From Schaalia odontolytica (lineage in GTDB: Bacteria; Actinomycetota; Actinomycetes; Actinomycetales; Actinomycetaceae): DNA of 32,000 nucleotides. Positions 1 through 8,955 of the stretch are shown here, piece by piece. Positions within the stretch are counted from its first letter, which is position 1. The number at the start of each line of letters is the position of its first letter. The stretch lies in NCBI RefSeq assembly GCF_005696695.1, contig NZ_CP040006.1, positions 30,001-62,000 of the forward strand, written 5' to 3'. A program made the position numbers and the translations under genes. The notes under the pieces are model-generated. The model worked only from the letters and a program-made list of their open reading frames with translations. It searched no databases and was not told the origin of the DNA.

Positions 1-2340
1 GCGCAGTGAACGCGTGATGCCGACCAGGAAGAGCAGGCCGAAGAGCGAGGCGATGACGGCCGTGATCGCATCCTCCCACCCGGCGCGCATGCGCACGGTC
101 ACGGTCTGGGAGTCGTCGAGGACGAGGCCGTCGGGTGTGGTGACCTTGTACGTGACCTCGATGTCGCCACTGCCGATCGCGCCCACGGGCACCTCAACCG
201 TCGTCGCGCCCTGCGCGGCGAGCGTCTGGGATTGGGCGGGGGTGGCGCGCAGACGCGGGTCGTCGGGCACGAGGGTCACGTCGACGCGCACCGGCCAGGG
301 CAGGTTATTGCGCACGAGGACAGGGAAGTTCGCTGATTTGTTAATGAGGTTGACGGCCGAGGAGGGCTCGACGGTCACGGCGGAGAGCATGGTCGTGACC
401 TGCGAGGTGACGGCAGTCGCCGCGTCGAGCTGCTCGGAGGGGGTGAGCTGCGCGGACAGAGCCGGGAGAATCTGGGGGGTGACCGAGGCGTACACCGCGT
501 CGGCGTCGTCCGTCGCCTTCGCCAGCGGTGTGAGCATGGTCAGGGACGAGGCCATGGCCGAGATCGCGGTCTCCGTGTCGGCCTCGAGGACGCCGGCCCC
601 GACGGTCTGGCGGTCGATGTCGGTGGGTTCACTGGCGGCCATCTCGCTGAAGGACATGGCGCTCACCCAGCGTGGCGAGAACAGGGCTTTTGTGCGGCCG
701 GTGAGCCGCTCGTTGATGACGGTTCCGCGCTGGGCCGCAGCGAAAATGGTGCGCGAGGAGGCTGGGCGCTCGCGGGTGATGATCGCGGTGATTGCGGTGA
801 GGGCCTGTTCGGCGTCGAGCTCGTCGCCGCCGGATGCGTTCCACGACAGGAGCGCCGCGATGTCGCTCTGCTGGGCGAGGGTGCGTGCGCCCGTCCCGTC
901 CGTCGAGGTCTCGCCGGTGGCGGGGTCGACGTTGACGCGCGCGTAGGAGGTGAAGGGAACGTCTTCGGAGGGGGTCAGGGTGCCGACCGGAGCGATCGTG
1001 ATCTGCTGCGAGGAGGCGAAACCCGACAGGAATGACGTGCCGAAGGTCGTGTCCGCAGGCCAGGCGACGTTACGCAGGATCGAGGGCCCGGAGTCGGGCG
1101 CGGAGGTCGTCGTGGTGGACTGGCCGGCGGTGTTCGTGGATGCGCTCGGCGTGGGCGTGGCCTCGGGTGTCCCGGAGGGGGAGGGCGTGGCCGAGGCCGA
1201 CGGGCTCGGGCTGGCCGGAGAGTTGGCGGGTGCGACCCACCCGGCCTTGCGCAGCGTGTCGGGGAAGTCGGCCATCGAGCGCGAGGCGCGGTCCCAGAAG
1301 CCGGTGTTGCCCGATAGCGACAGGGCACCGAGGTCGGCATCTCCCTCGGGCAGGGCGATGATCTCGGTCGCGTTCGACAGGAGCGCCGCGACGAAGGCCT
1401 CGGACTGGAGGTCACGCGCGCGCTGCGCTGGGTCCGTGGCCGTGGGGGCGGGCGTCGGGGTGGGGGACGCGCTCGGCGAGGCCGAGGGGGCACCGGACTG
1501 ACCCGATTCCGCGTCGGACTGGCCGGACTGGGCGGGGTCAGATCCGGATTGGCCCGCGTCGGCCGAAGGGGAAGCCGAAGGGGAAGCCGAAGGAGAAGCC
1601 GAAGGAGAAGCCGAAGGGGTCGGCGTGGCCGTGGGCTGCGGGCCGCGAGGGATCAGCAGCGGGTCGACGGCCAGGGTGACGCCGCTGGCGGAGGCGAGGC
1701 TGAGGACCGCCGAGCGTTCGCCCTGGTCCTGGGTGGCGCTCGTTGATGTCCAGGGGATCACGGTGCTCACGCGCGAGGCGGAGACCTGCGCGCCCGAGTC
1801 CCACACGATGATCGATCGGTCCTTGCCCGAGTATTCGCCGGAGGTCGCAGTCACGGTTGTGACGCGCGGGCCCCACTCATCGGCGTCCGTGAGAGGCAGC
1901 GAGGACGTGGGAATGTGGATCTCGAAGGAAGTCGTGGCTCCTCGGGCGACGTCCGTGAGCGAGGAGGAGGCCGCGTGGGTGGCGTCCGGCTCGTCATCGG
2001 AGAGGGCGGTCGTCAGCGCGGGGACAGAAATCGGGGTCTCGTTGGCGACGAACACCTCGAGGGAGATATTCGCGAGCGTCGTCGGCGAATCGTTACGGAC
2101 CGTTCCAGAGATAACGAGTTCGTTTTCATCTGTGATGATTCGAGGCGACAGCGAGTTAATGGAAACAGATAGAGCAGAATCCTCTGAGACCGTACCCATG
2201 ACGGCGGGGCGCGACTCGTCCGACTGCGAGGTCACGGTGGGCGCCGGGGCGGCCCCGGCCTCGCCGAGACCGAGGCCGAAGGGAAGAGCCATCGCCGCGC
2301 ACAGGACGCCAGCCGTCAGCGCGCGCCTAGTCACGGCCAT
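1..2340 (-). CDS. Large secreted/membrane-anchored hypothetical protein, 3' end cut by the window edge (positional equivalent of the mycobacterial Rv3909 / DUF6049-type gene)
   Basis: Absent from the ORF track because it runs off the left edge. Hand translation of the minus strand from ATG 2340..2338 gives MAVTRRALTAGVLCAAMALPFGLGLGEAGA, which looks like a signal peptide. The same frame is open where I re-checked it: 1501-1560 reads DAGQSGSDPAQSGQSDAESG, and 1-30 reads a hydrophobic helix ending GITRSLR. It is the one minus frame not occupied by listed ORFs. I did not translate every codon. The start overlaps the NUDIX stop by 14 nt. The product call rests on position only (cca / NUDIX / large protein order). 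Confidence 0.55.
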   Translation of the reverse strand, partial: MAVTRRALTAGVLCAAMALPFGLGLGEAGAAPAPTVTSQSDESRPAVMGTVSEDSALSVSINSLSPRIITDENELVISGTVRNDSPTTLANISLEVFVANETPISVPALTTALSDDEPDATHAASSSLTDVARGATTSFEIHIPTSSLPLTDADEWGPRVTTVTATSGEYSGKDRSIIVWDSGAQVSASRVSTVIPWTSTSATQDQGERSAVLSLASASGVTLAVDPLLIPRGPQPTATPTPSASPSASPSASPSASPSADAGQSGSDPAQSGQSDAESGQSGAPSASPSASPTPTPAPTATDPAQRARDLQSEAFVAALLSNATEIIALPEGDADLGALSLSGNTGFWDRASRSMADFPDTLRKAGWVAPANSPASPSPSASATPSPSGTPEATPTPSASTNTAGQSTTTTSAPDSGPSILRNVAWPADTTFGTSFLSGFASSQQITIAPVGTLTPSEDVPFTSYARVNVDPATGETSTDGTGARTLAQQSDIAALLSWNASGGDELDAEQALTAITAIITRERPASSRTIFAAAQRGTVINERLTGRTKALFSPRWVSAMSFSEMAASEPTDIDRQTVGAGVLEADTETAISAMASSLTMLTPLAKATDDADAVYASVTPQILPALSAQLTPSEQLDAATAVTSQVTTMLSAVTVEPSSAVNLINKSANFPVLVRNNLPWPVRVDVTLVPDDPRLRATPAQSQTLAAQGATTVEVPVGAIGSGDIEVTYKVTTPDGLVLDDSQTVTVRMRAGWEDAITAVIASLFGLLFLVGITRSLR

Positions 2341-2860
2341 CCCGATACAGCAGGTCCAGGGCGATGCGCACGATGCGACGCTCGTTGGGGTAGGCCAGCT
2401 GGCGCGACACGTCGCGCAGCGGCACCCACGCGGCCTCCTCGGCCTCGTGATCCGGATCCCCATCGACGGAGATCGTGCCGGACTCGTACCCCATCAGGTA
2501 GTGGTGGACGACCTTGTGGACGCGGCGGTCGTTGCCGGAGAACCAGTAGTCGATCGACGCGAGGTGGCGGATGATGCGCCCGTGGATGCCGGTTTCCTCG
2601 GCGACCTCGCGCAGCGCGGCCTGCTGGGGGGTCTCGGAACCCTCGAGGTGGCCCTTGGGCAGGCACCACTCGATGCGACCCGCTCGATTGCGTCGCGCGA
2701 TCAACGCCGCATAGGGAATTCCGTCACGCACGTCGACGACGATGCCGCCCGCGCTGGTTTCCGCGGAAATCGGCAGGTGAGAGCGGCCAGCGCGCACAGA
2801 AGCGGACCGACGCGGGGGTCGGGGCACCCCGCCTCGGCGGTCAACTGGACGTGCAGGCAT
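2327..2860 (-). CDS. NUDIX hydrolase (MutT4-like)
   Basis: 177-aa ORF with Nudix box GHLEGSETPQQAALREVAEETGI (GX5EX7REUXEEXGU). It is divergent from cca, as in other actinobacteria. Confidence 0.85.
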   Translation of the reverse strand: MPARPVDRRGGVPRPPRRSASVRAGRSHLPISAETSAGGIVVDVRDGIPYAALIARRNRAGRIEWCLPKGHLEGSETPQQAALREVAEETGIHGRIIRHLASIDYWFSGNDRRVHKVVHHYLMGYESGTISVDGDPDHEAEEAAWVPLRDVSRQLAYPNERRIVRIALDLLYRDGRD

Positions 2861-2929
2861 GACTCCACTTTAGCCGGTACGCGGCCCCCGGTAGTCGGCC
2901 AGGGTGCTTTCCTGGCATGCTTAAGGGCG

Positions 2930-4537
2930 ATGAGTACCCAGTCAACTTCCCCGAATAACGGCCCCGTGACCGCGCAAAACGCCGGAACGACGGACATTCC
3001 TACCCTCATGGCGAACGCCACGAGGACGTTTGCGGCGCTCCCGCCCGCGATTATGGAACTCGGCACGATTTTTGACGAGGCCGGGGAGGAGCTCGCGCTC
3101 GTCGGCGGGCCCGTGCGTGACGCGTTCTTGGGAGTTACTCCGCACGACTTTGACATGACGACCTCCGCGCGCCCCGAGCGCACCGAGGAGCTCCTGGCGA
3201 AGTGGGGCAACGCGACCTGGGACATCGGCAAGGAGTTCGGCACGATCGGCGGGCGCCGCGGCGACCTGGTCGTCGAGGTGACGACCTACCGCACCGACGA
3301 GTACGAGATCGGCTCGCGCAAGCCCGAGGTGACCTTCGGCGACACCCTCGAGGGTGACCTGACGCGCCGCGACTTCACGGTCAACGCGATGGCGATGCGC
3401 CTGCCGCAGATGGCCCTCGTCGACCCGTGCGGCGGCCTGGCCGACCTCGCGGACGGCAACCTGCGCACCCCCGTGTCCGCCGAGCAGTCCTTCGACGACG
3501 ACCCGCTGCGCATCATGCGCGCCGCGCGTTTCTCCGCGCAGCTGGGCCTCGACGTCGACATGGACGTCATGAACGCGATGGAGACCATGGCCTCGCGCCT
3601 GGAGATCGTCTCCGCCGAGCGCATTCGCGCCGAGCTCGAGCGCCTCATCATTTCGCCCTACCCGCGCCGCGGCATCGAGCTGATGGTGCACACGGGCGTC
3701 GCCGACATTGTCCTGCCCGAGGTCGCCGGCCTCGTCTCCACGGTGGACGAGCACAAGCGCCACAAGGACGTCTACGAGCACACCCTCACCGTCGTTGAGC
3801 AGGCGATGGACCTGGAGACCGGCCCGGACGGCGCCGTGCCCGCACCTGACTTCATCCTGCGTTTCGCCGCCCTCATGCACGACGTCGGCAAGCCGGCGAC
3901 CCGCCGCTTCGAGCCGAACGGCACCGTCTCCTTCCACCACCACGAGATCGTGGGCGCGAAGATGACGCGCAAGCGCATGAAGGCCCTGCACTTCGACAAG
4001 GCGACGATCGAGGCCGTCTCCACCCTGGTCGCGCTGCACCTGCGCTTCCACGGCTACGGCGAGGCCGCCTGGTCCGACTCGGCGGTGCGCCGCTACGTGG
4101 CCGACGCGGGCGACCTCCTTGAGCGCCTCCACCGCCTCACTCGCGCGGACTGCACGACCCGCAACCGCCGCAAGGCCAACTACCTGTCCGCCGCCTACGA
4201 CGACCTCGAGGCGCGCATCGCCGCCCTGCGTGAGCAGGAGGAGCTGGACGCGATCCGCCCCGACCTCGACGGCGACCAGATCATGGAGATCCTCGGGCTG
4301 CGCCCCTCGCGCGCCGTGAAGATCGCCCGCGACTACCTGCTCGAGCTGCGCATGGAGCGCGGACCGCTGGGCGAGGAGGCCGCCCGTCAGGCGCTTCTCG
4401 ACTGGTGGGCGTCGGACGACGTGCGTGCCCTCGCCGAGGAGTACCAGGCCCAGCAGGCCCACTGGGAGGCCAAGGTCGCGGAAAAGAAAGCCCGCAAGGC
4501 CGCCGCGAAGGCCGCCCGCGAGGCCCAGGGGCAGTAA
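2930..4537 (+). CDS. cca: CCA tRNA nucleotidyltransferase / poly(A) polymerase family (class II, HD domain)
   Basis: The listed ORF 1625..4537 is over-extended; its first ~1.3 kb is antisense to two minus-strand genes. I trimmed it to the in-frame ATG at 2930 (MSTQSTSPNN...). Motifs: LVGGPVRDAFLG...DFD (nucleotidyltransferase head), RIMRAARF, and an HD region (HDVGKP). It has a Lys/Ala-rich C-terminal tail. Confidence 0.85.
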   Translation: MSTQSTSPNNGPVTAQNAGTTDIPTLMANATRTFAALPPAIMELGTIFDEAGEELALVGGPVRDAFLGVTPHDFDMTTSARPERTEELLAKWGNATWDIGKEFGTIGGRRGDLVVEVTTYRTDEYEIGSRKPEVTFGDTLEGDLTRRDFTVNAMAMRLPQMALVDPCGGLADLADGNLRTPVSAEQSFDDDPLRIMRAARFSAQLGLDVDMDVMNAMETMASRLEIVSAERIRAELERLIISPYPRRGIELMVHTGVADIVLPEVAGLVSTVDEHKRHKDVYEHTLTVVEQAMDLETGPDGAVPAPDFILRFAALMHDVGKPATRRFEPNGTVSFHHHEIVGAKMTRKRMKALHFDKATIEAVSTLVALHLRFHGYGEAAWSDSAVRRYVADAGDLLERLHRLTRADCTTRNRRKANYLSAAYDDLEARIAALREQEELDAIRPDLDGDQIMEILGLRPSRAVKIARDYLLELRMERGPLGEEAARQALLDWWASDDVRALAEEYQAQQAHWEAKVAEKKARKAAAKAAREAQGQ

Positions 4538-4543
4538 GAAGGG

Positions 4544-4572
4544 GCGCGGGGCGACAATCGTCACGCCCGCGC
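4544..4572 (+). terminator. Imperfect GC-rich hairpin downstream of cca
   Basis: gcgcggggcg ... cgcccgcgc with one bulged G, 7 nt after the cca stop. There is no clear U-tract. Confidence 0.3.
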
Positions 4573-4640
4573 ATGGTGCACCCCCGGCCATGCCGCCGTA
4601 CTCTGGGAATAATTCAACTTTTTGTTAGGAGAGTTATCGC

Positions 4641-6107
4641 ATGAGCACGTTCACCCCCGAGAAGGCATCGGCCGACATCGGCGTGTACGGCCTGGGAGTC
4701 ATGGGCGCAAACCTCGCCCGCAACCTGGCCCGCAACGGCTACGCGACCGCCGTCTTCAACAGGACCCCGGCTCGCACCGAGAAGCTCATGGCGGAGCACG
4801 GCGACGAAGCGACCTTCGTTCCCGCGTCCACGCTGGAAGACTTCGTCGCGTCCCTGCGCGCGCCCCGCGTCGCCATCATGATGGTCCAGGCCGGCCCCTC
4901 GACGGACGCCGTCATGGAGCAGCTCGCCGATCTCATGGACGAAGGCGACATCATCGTCGACTGCGGTAACTCCCTGTTCACCGACACGATCCGCCGCGAA
5001 AAGTGGGCCGCCGAGCGCGGCCTGCACTTCGTGGGCGCGGGCGTCTCCGGCGGCGAGGAGGGTGCCCTGTGGGGTCCCTCCATCATGCCCGGCGGCACCC
5101 CGGCCTCGTACGACCGCCTCGGCCCCATGTTCGAGGCCATCGCCGGCACCTACGACGGCGTGCCCTGCTGCACGTACATCGGCGCGAACGGCGCCGGCCA
5201 CTTCGTGAAGATGGTGCACAACGGCATCGAGTACGCCGACATGCAGGTCATCGCCGAGGCGTACACGCTCCTGCGTGAGGGCCTGGGTGCGACGCCTGCC
5301 GAAATCGCGGACATCTTCGCCGCCTGGAACGAGGGCGAACTCAACTCCTACCTCATGGAGATCACCGTCGAGGTCCTGCGCCAGGTGGACGCCGAGACCG
5401 GCAAGCCCCTTGTCGACCTCATCGTGGACGCCGCCTCGCAGAAGGGCACCGGCAAGTGGACGGTCCAGACCGCCCTCGACCTGGCCGTCCCCGTCACCGC
5501 GATCGGCGAGGCGACCTTCGCGCGCGGCGCGTCCTCCGAGCCTGCCCAGCGCGCGGCCGGCCAGGCGCTCGCGGGCAACGCTAGCGCCCTCGTCATCGAG
5601 TCGGACGAGGCCCGGGCCGCGTTCATCGAGGACGTGCGCCAGGCGCTGTTCGCCTCCAAGATCGTCGCTTACTCGCAGGGCTTCGACGAGATCGAGGCCG
5701 GCGCGAAGGAATACGAGTGGGGCATCGACAAGGGCGCCCTGGCTCGCATCTGGCGCGCGGGCTGCATCATCCGCGCGGCCTTCCTCGACGACATCACCCG
5801 CGCCTACGAGGCCGACCCCGACCTGCCGCTGCTGCTGGCCGCCGAGCCGTTCGCGACGCGCTTCCAGGAGTGCACGCCCGCGCTGCGTCGCGTCGTCTCC
5901 CAGGCGGCCCTCGCAGGTGTTCCGATTCCGGTGTTCGCCTCGTCCCTGGCCTACTTCGACCAGATTCGCGCGACGCGCCTGCCGGCGGCCCTCATCCAGG
6001 GTCAGCGTGACTTCTTCGGCTCCCACACCTACCACCGGGTAGACAAGGAGGGTGTCTTCCACACCCTGTGGGCTGTCGATGGTCGTCCCGAGGAACAGTG
6101 GTCCTGA
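4641..6107 (+). CDS. gnd: 6-phosphogluconate dehydrogenase, decarboxylating
   Basis: 488 aa. N-terminal Rossmann motif IGVYGLGVMGANLARNLARNG plus family-typical blocks (GAGHFVKMVHNGIEYADMQ, GTGKWT, RDFFGSHTY). An AGGAGA RBS lies upstream of the ATG. Confidence 0.95.
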   Translation: MSTFTPEKASADIGVYGLGVMGANLARNLARNGYATAVFNRTPARTEKLMAEHGDEATFVPASTLEDFVASLRAPRVAIMMVQAGPSTDAVMEQLADLMDEGDIIVDCGNSLFTDTIRREKWAAERGLHFVGAGVSGGEEGALWGPSIMPGGTPASYDRLGPMFEAIAGTYDGVPCCTYIGANGAGHFVKMVHNGIEYADMQVIAEAYTLLREGLGATPAEIADIFAAWNEGELNSYLMEITVEVLRQVDAETGKPLVDLIVDAASQKGTGKWTVQTALDLAVPVTAIGEATFARGASSEPAQRAAGQALAGNASALVIESDEARAAFIEDVRQALFASKIVAYSQGFDEIEAGAKEYEWGIDKGALARIWRAGCIIRAAFLDDITRAYEADPDLPLLLAAEPFATRFQECTPALRRVVSQAALAGVPIPVFASSLAYFDQIRATRLPAALIQGQRDFFGSHTYHRVDKEGVFHTLWAVDGRPEEQWS

Positions 6108-6135
6108 TCTGAGATTGCGGCGGAAGCTGCACGAG

Positions 6136-6168
6136 GGGGTGGGTGCGCGGCACCCACCCCTTTGTGTT
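6136..6168 (+). terminator. Intrinsic terminator of gnd
   Basis: Perfect 11-bp stem ggggtgggtgc / gcacccacccc with a 3-nt loop, followed by TTTGTGTT. Confidence 0.75.
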
Positions 6169-6244
6169 GCAGCCCATACTTTGGGGTTCTTTCAGGAAAC
6201 CTGGTTAATCTAGGGGTATACCAATCCGCTGAAAGGGCGAATAC

Positions 6245-8599
6245 GTGGCTACTAACAACGGACAGTCTGACTGGAACGACATCATCGAGCCTGGCGGCTC
6301 CGGCACGTCAGGGCGGGATTCGCTGCCCTCGCGACGTGCGGCGCGCGCCGCGGCCGGATCGCATGCATCCCGGAAGGCTGCCAAGGCCTCGTCGGCCGGT
6401 AAGAAGGGCCCGGCGAAGAAGAAGCACCGGTGGGCCAAGCGCATCGGCTTCTCAATTCTGACCGTCTTCCTGGGCGTGTTCATCGCGGGCATGGCGATGT
6501 TCCTGTACCTCTACAACACGCTGACCGTGCCCGCGCCGGATGACCTGGCGCTCGCGCAGAAGACCACGGTCTACTACGCCGACGGCACGACCGAGATGGG
6601 TACCCTGGGTGACATCAACCGTCAGATCATCGACACGACGACGCTTCCCGACTACGTGTCGAAGTCGATCGTGGCCTCCGAGGATCGCACGTTCTACACG
6701 AACTCGGGTGTTGACCTGAAGGGCATTTTCCGCGCCCTCGTCAACAACCTGCGCGGCGGCGCCCGCCAGGGTGGTTCGACGCTGACCCAGCAGTACGTGG
6801 AGCGCTACTACATCGGCGAGACCACGTCCTACACGGGCAAGCTTAAGGAAGCCGTCCTGGCTATCAAGATCAACCGTGAGAAGTCCAAGGACGAGGTCAT
6901 CGGTGCCTACATGAACACGATCTATTTCGGTCGTGGCGCGTACGGCATCGACGCGGCCGCCCAGGCGTACTTCGGCCACGGCGCTTCTCAGCTGACCCTG
7001 TCCGAGTCGGCGCTCCTCGCGGCCGTCATCCCCGCGCCCTCCGCGTGGGACCCCGCCGTCAACCCCGACAAGGCGAAGGAGCGCTGGGAGCGCGACCTGA
7101 ACCTCATGGTCGAGGACGGCTGGATCACACAGGCAGACAAGGACGCCGCGGTGTTCCCCGACACCATCGACCCCGACACGCTCAATAGGGCCTCGATGAC
7201 CGGCACGAACGGCTACCTGATGGCCCAGGTCAAGCAGGAGCTGATCGCTTCCGGCCAGTTCGACGAGGACAAGATCAGCCAGGGTGGCCTGCGCATCACC
7301 TCTACGATCGTCAAGGAGCACCAGGAGCAGGCCGTCGCGGCCGCCGAGGGCATGAACGAGGTCGAGGGCTGGGATCCGACGCACCAGCATGTGGCTCTGT
7401 CCTCCATGGACCCGGCGACGGGCGAGATCCTCGCCGAGTACGCGGGCGCGGATTACGAGAAGCGCCAGCAGAACGCCGTCACGCAGGACATCGCGATGGC
7501 CGGCTCGTCCTTCAAGCCGTTCGCCCTGCTGGCGAACGCGCGCCTGGGTGGCACGGTCTACGACACGTACTCGGGCAAGTCCCCCCAGTATTTCCGAGGC
7601 ATGGGCACCCCCATCTCGAACGACGGCGGCTACTCCTTCGGTAACGTCACCCTCGTGAAGGCGACCGCGTACTCGATGAACACGGTGTTCGTGGGCCTGA
7701 ACGACGATGTTGAGCCGGAGAATACGCTCAAGGCCGCCATTGACGCGGGCATCCCCGAGGACACGGTGGGTCTGAACGACGAGCTGCTCAACGTCCTGGG
7801 CCCCTCCTCGCCGCACAACATCGACCTGACAACCGCCTACTCGACGATCGCGAACGGTGGCGAGCGCGTTACCGCCCACATCGTCAAGAAGGTTGAGGAC
7901 TCGAACGGCAAGCTGCTCTACAGCGGCGACGTGGCCCCCAAGCGCGTCTTTGACGTCGAGGAAGTCTCTTCGATCATGCCGGCCCTCGAGGCCGTCACGA
8001 AGGGCGAGGGCACGGCCGCCAACGTCGATGCGTCGATCGCGCGACTGACGACGGCCGGCAAGACCGGTACCTCCTCGGACCAGCTCTCCGCCCAGTTCGT
8101 GGGCTTCGTGCCCGGCATGGTGACCGCCGTGTCGATGTACCAGTCCGACGACGCCGGTAACTCGGTGCCCCTGGATGACGTGGGTGGCCTCGATCAGTTC
8201 CACGGCGGCGACTGGCCGGTCGACGTGTGGATCGACTACATGAAGCCGGCGACCGCGAACCTCCCGGGCGACGACTTCCCCTGGAAGGTCGAGTCCAACC
8301 GCAAGGCCCACAACAACGCGCCCACGCCCGCGCCGAGCGCGACGACCGAGGCCCCGCAGTCCGCTGCTGAGCCCACCGAGACGCCTACCCCCACCGAGAC
8401 GCCCTCCGCCGAGCCCACCGAGAATTCGGAGAACGGCGGCAATGGTTCCAACAACGGCAACGGCGGGAATAACAACGGCGGCAATAACAACGGCAACGGC
8501 GGGAATAACAACGGCGGCAATGGTTCCAACAACGGCAACGGCGGGAACAATAACGGCGGCAATAACAACGGCAACAACAATGGCGGCCGAAGAAACTAG
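6245..8599 (+). CDS. ponA: Class A penicillin-binding protein (GT51 glycosyltransferase + D,D-transpeptidase) with an Asn/Gly-rich C-terminal tail
   Basis: GTG start. An N-terminal basic region is followed by a TM helix (FSILTVFLGVFIAGMAMFLYL). GT51 motifs: EDRTFYTNSGVD and GGSTLTQQ. Transpeptidase motifs: SSFKP (SxxK), SMN (SxN) and KTGT. Its position near rpsF-ssb-rpsR-rplI-dnaB mirrors mycobacterial ponA1. Confidence 0.9.
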   Translation: MATNNGQSDWNDIIEPGGSGTSGRDSLPSRRAARAAAGSHASRKAAKASSAGKKGPAKKKHRWAKRIGFSILTVFLGVFIAGMAMFLYLYNTLTVPAPDDLALAQKTTVYYADGTTEMGTLGDINRQIIDTTTLPDYVSKSIVASEDRTFYTNSGVDLKGIFRALVNNLRGGARQGGSTLTQQYVERYYIGETTSYTGKLKEAVLAIKINREKSKDEVIGAYMNTIYFGRGAYGIDAAAQAYFGHGASQLTLSESALLAAVIPAPSAWDPAVNPDKAKERWERDLNLMVEDGWITQADKDAAVFPDTIDPDTLNRASMTGTNGYLMAQVKQELIASGQFDEDKISQGGLRITSTIVKEHQEQAVAAAEGMNEVEGWDPTHQHVALSSMDPATGEILAEYAGADYEKRQQNAVTQDIAMAGSSFKPFALLANARLGGTVYDTYSGKSPQYFRGMGTPISNDGGYSFGNVTLVKATAYSMNTVFVGLNDDVEPENTLKAAIDAGIPEDTVGLNDELLNVLGPSSPHNIDLTTAYSTIANGGERVTAHIVKKVEDSNGKLLYSGDVAPKRVFDVEEVSSIMPALEAVTKGEGTAANVDASIARLTTAGKTGTSSDQLSAQFVGFVPGMVTAVSMYQSDDAGNSVPLDDVGGLDQFHGGDWPVDVWIDYMKPATANLPGDDFPWKVESNRKAHNNAPTPAPSATTEAPQSAAEPTETPTPTETPSAEPTENSENGGNGSNNGNGGNNNGGNNNGNGGNNNGGNGSNNGNGGNNNGGNNNGNNNGGRRN
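8435..8590 (+). repeat. In-frame tandem repeat encoding the N/G-rich tail of the PBP (78-bp period with shorter sub-repeats)
   Basis: ggcggcaatggttccaacaacggcaacggcggg occurs at 8435 and again at 8513. It translates to GGNGSNNGNGGNNNGGNNNGNGGNNN, repeated. Confidence 0.85.
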
Positions 8600-8621
8600 C
8601 CGCGCGTCCTAGCGCCGATGT

Positions 8622-8654
8622 TGCGGGCCCCGAGGAGCATCCTCGGGGCCCGCA
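8622..8654 (+). terminator. Terminator hairpin downstream of the PBP gene
   Basis: tgcgggccccgagg (8622-8635) pairs perfectly with cctcggggcccgca (8641-8654). Confidence 0.7.
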
Positions 8655-8680
8655 GTGCGTTCACAGCGGAGTATGCGTAC

Positions 8681-8782
8681 GCGGATAGGAAACGACGATC
8701 CGGATAGGTTACGAACATCTGGATAGGTTAATAACCTATCCACAAGCGAATAACCTATCCGGATGCGCACAACCTATCCAGA
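8681..8782. repeat. Array of six AACCTATCC / GGATAGGTT boxes (3 direct + 3 inverted, 19-bp step) around a 23-nt perfect palindrome
   Basis: GGATAGG occurs at 8683, 8702 and 8721. CCTATCC occurs at 8735, 8754 and 8773. The central palindrome tggataggtta-a-taacctatcca spans 8720-8742. The spacers between boxes are not conserved. Confidence 0.85.
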
Positions 8783-8885
8783 TGTGAGCGTATGTGCTCC
8801 CGTCGTGTGCCCTCCGTTGCCGCGCTCATAATGGGATGAGCAATGACGTGTCGTAGACGAACGTCAGATCTTGCATGCACAGCAA

Positions 8886-8925
8886 AAGGGGTGGCCCCCG
8901 CTCGCATGAGCGGGGGCCACCCCTT
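8886..8925 (-). terminator. Intrinsic terminator of the rpsF-ssb-rpsR-rplI operon
   Basis: 18-bp stem aaggggtggcccccgctc / gagcgggggccacccctt. On the minus strand it is followed by TTTTGCT. It lies 31 nt after the rplI stop. Confidence 0.8.
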
Positions 8926-8955
8926 CAATCAGCATTCAACCGATGCGTGAAGCCT

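Noticed and set aside
1625-2929. The 5' two-fifths of the 970-aa plus-strand ORF (1625..4537), and the plus-strand ORFs 14..946 and 950..1501.
   Set aside because: These regions are antisense to a signal-peptide-bearing minus-strand gene (1..2340) and to the NUDIX gene. The translated sequence is Arg/Ala/Ser/Val-rich with no motifs. The recognisable CCA-enzyme sequence only begins at the ATG at 2930.
2942-8311. Very long minus-strand ORFs 2942..4591 (549 aa), 4614..6062 (482 aa) and 6452..8311 (619 aa).
   Set aside because: They are exact antisense shadows of cca, gnd and the PBP gene. Their products are Gly/Arg/Val/Asp/Leu-rich with no motifs, the classic high-GC artefact. The plus-strand genes carry unambiguous family signatures.
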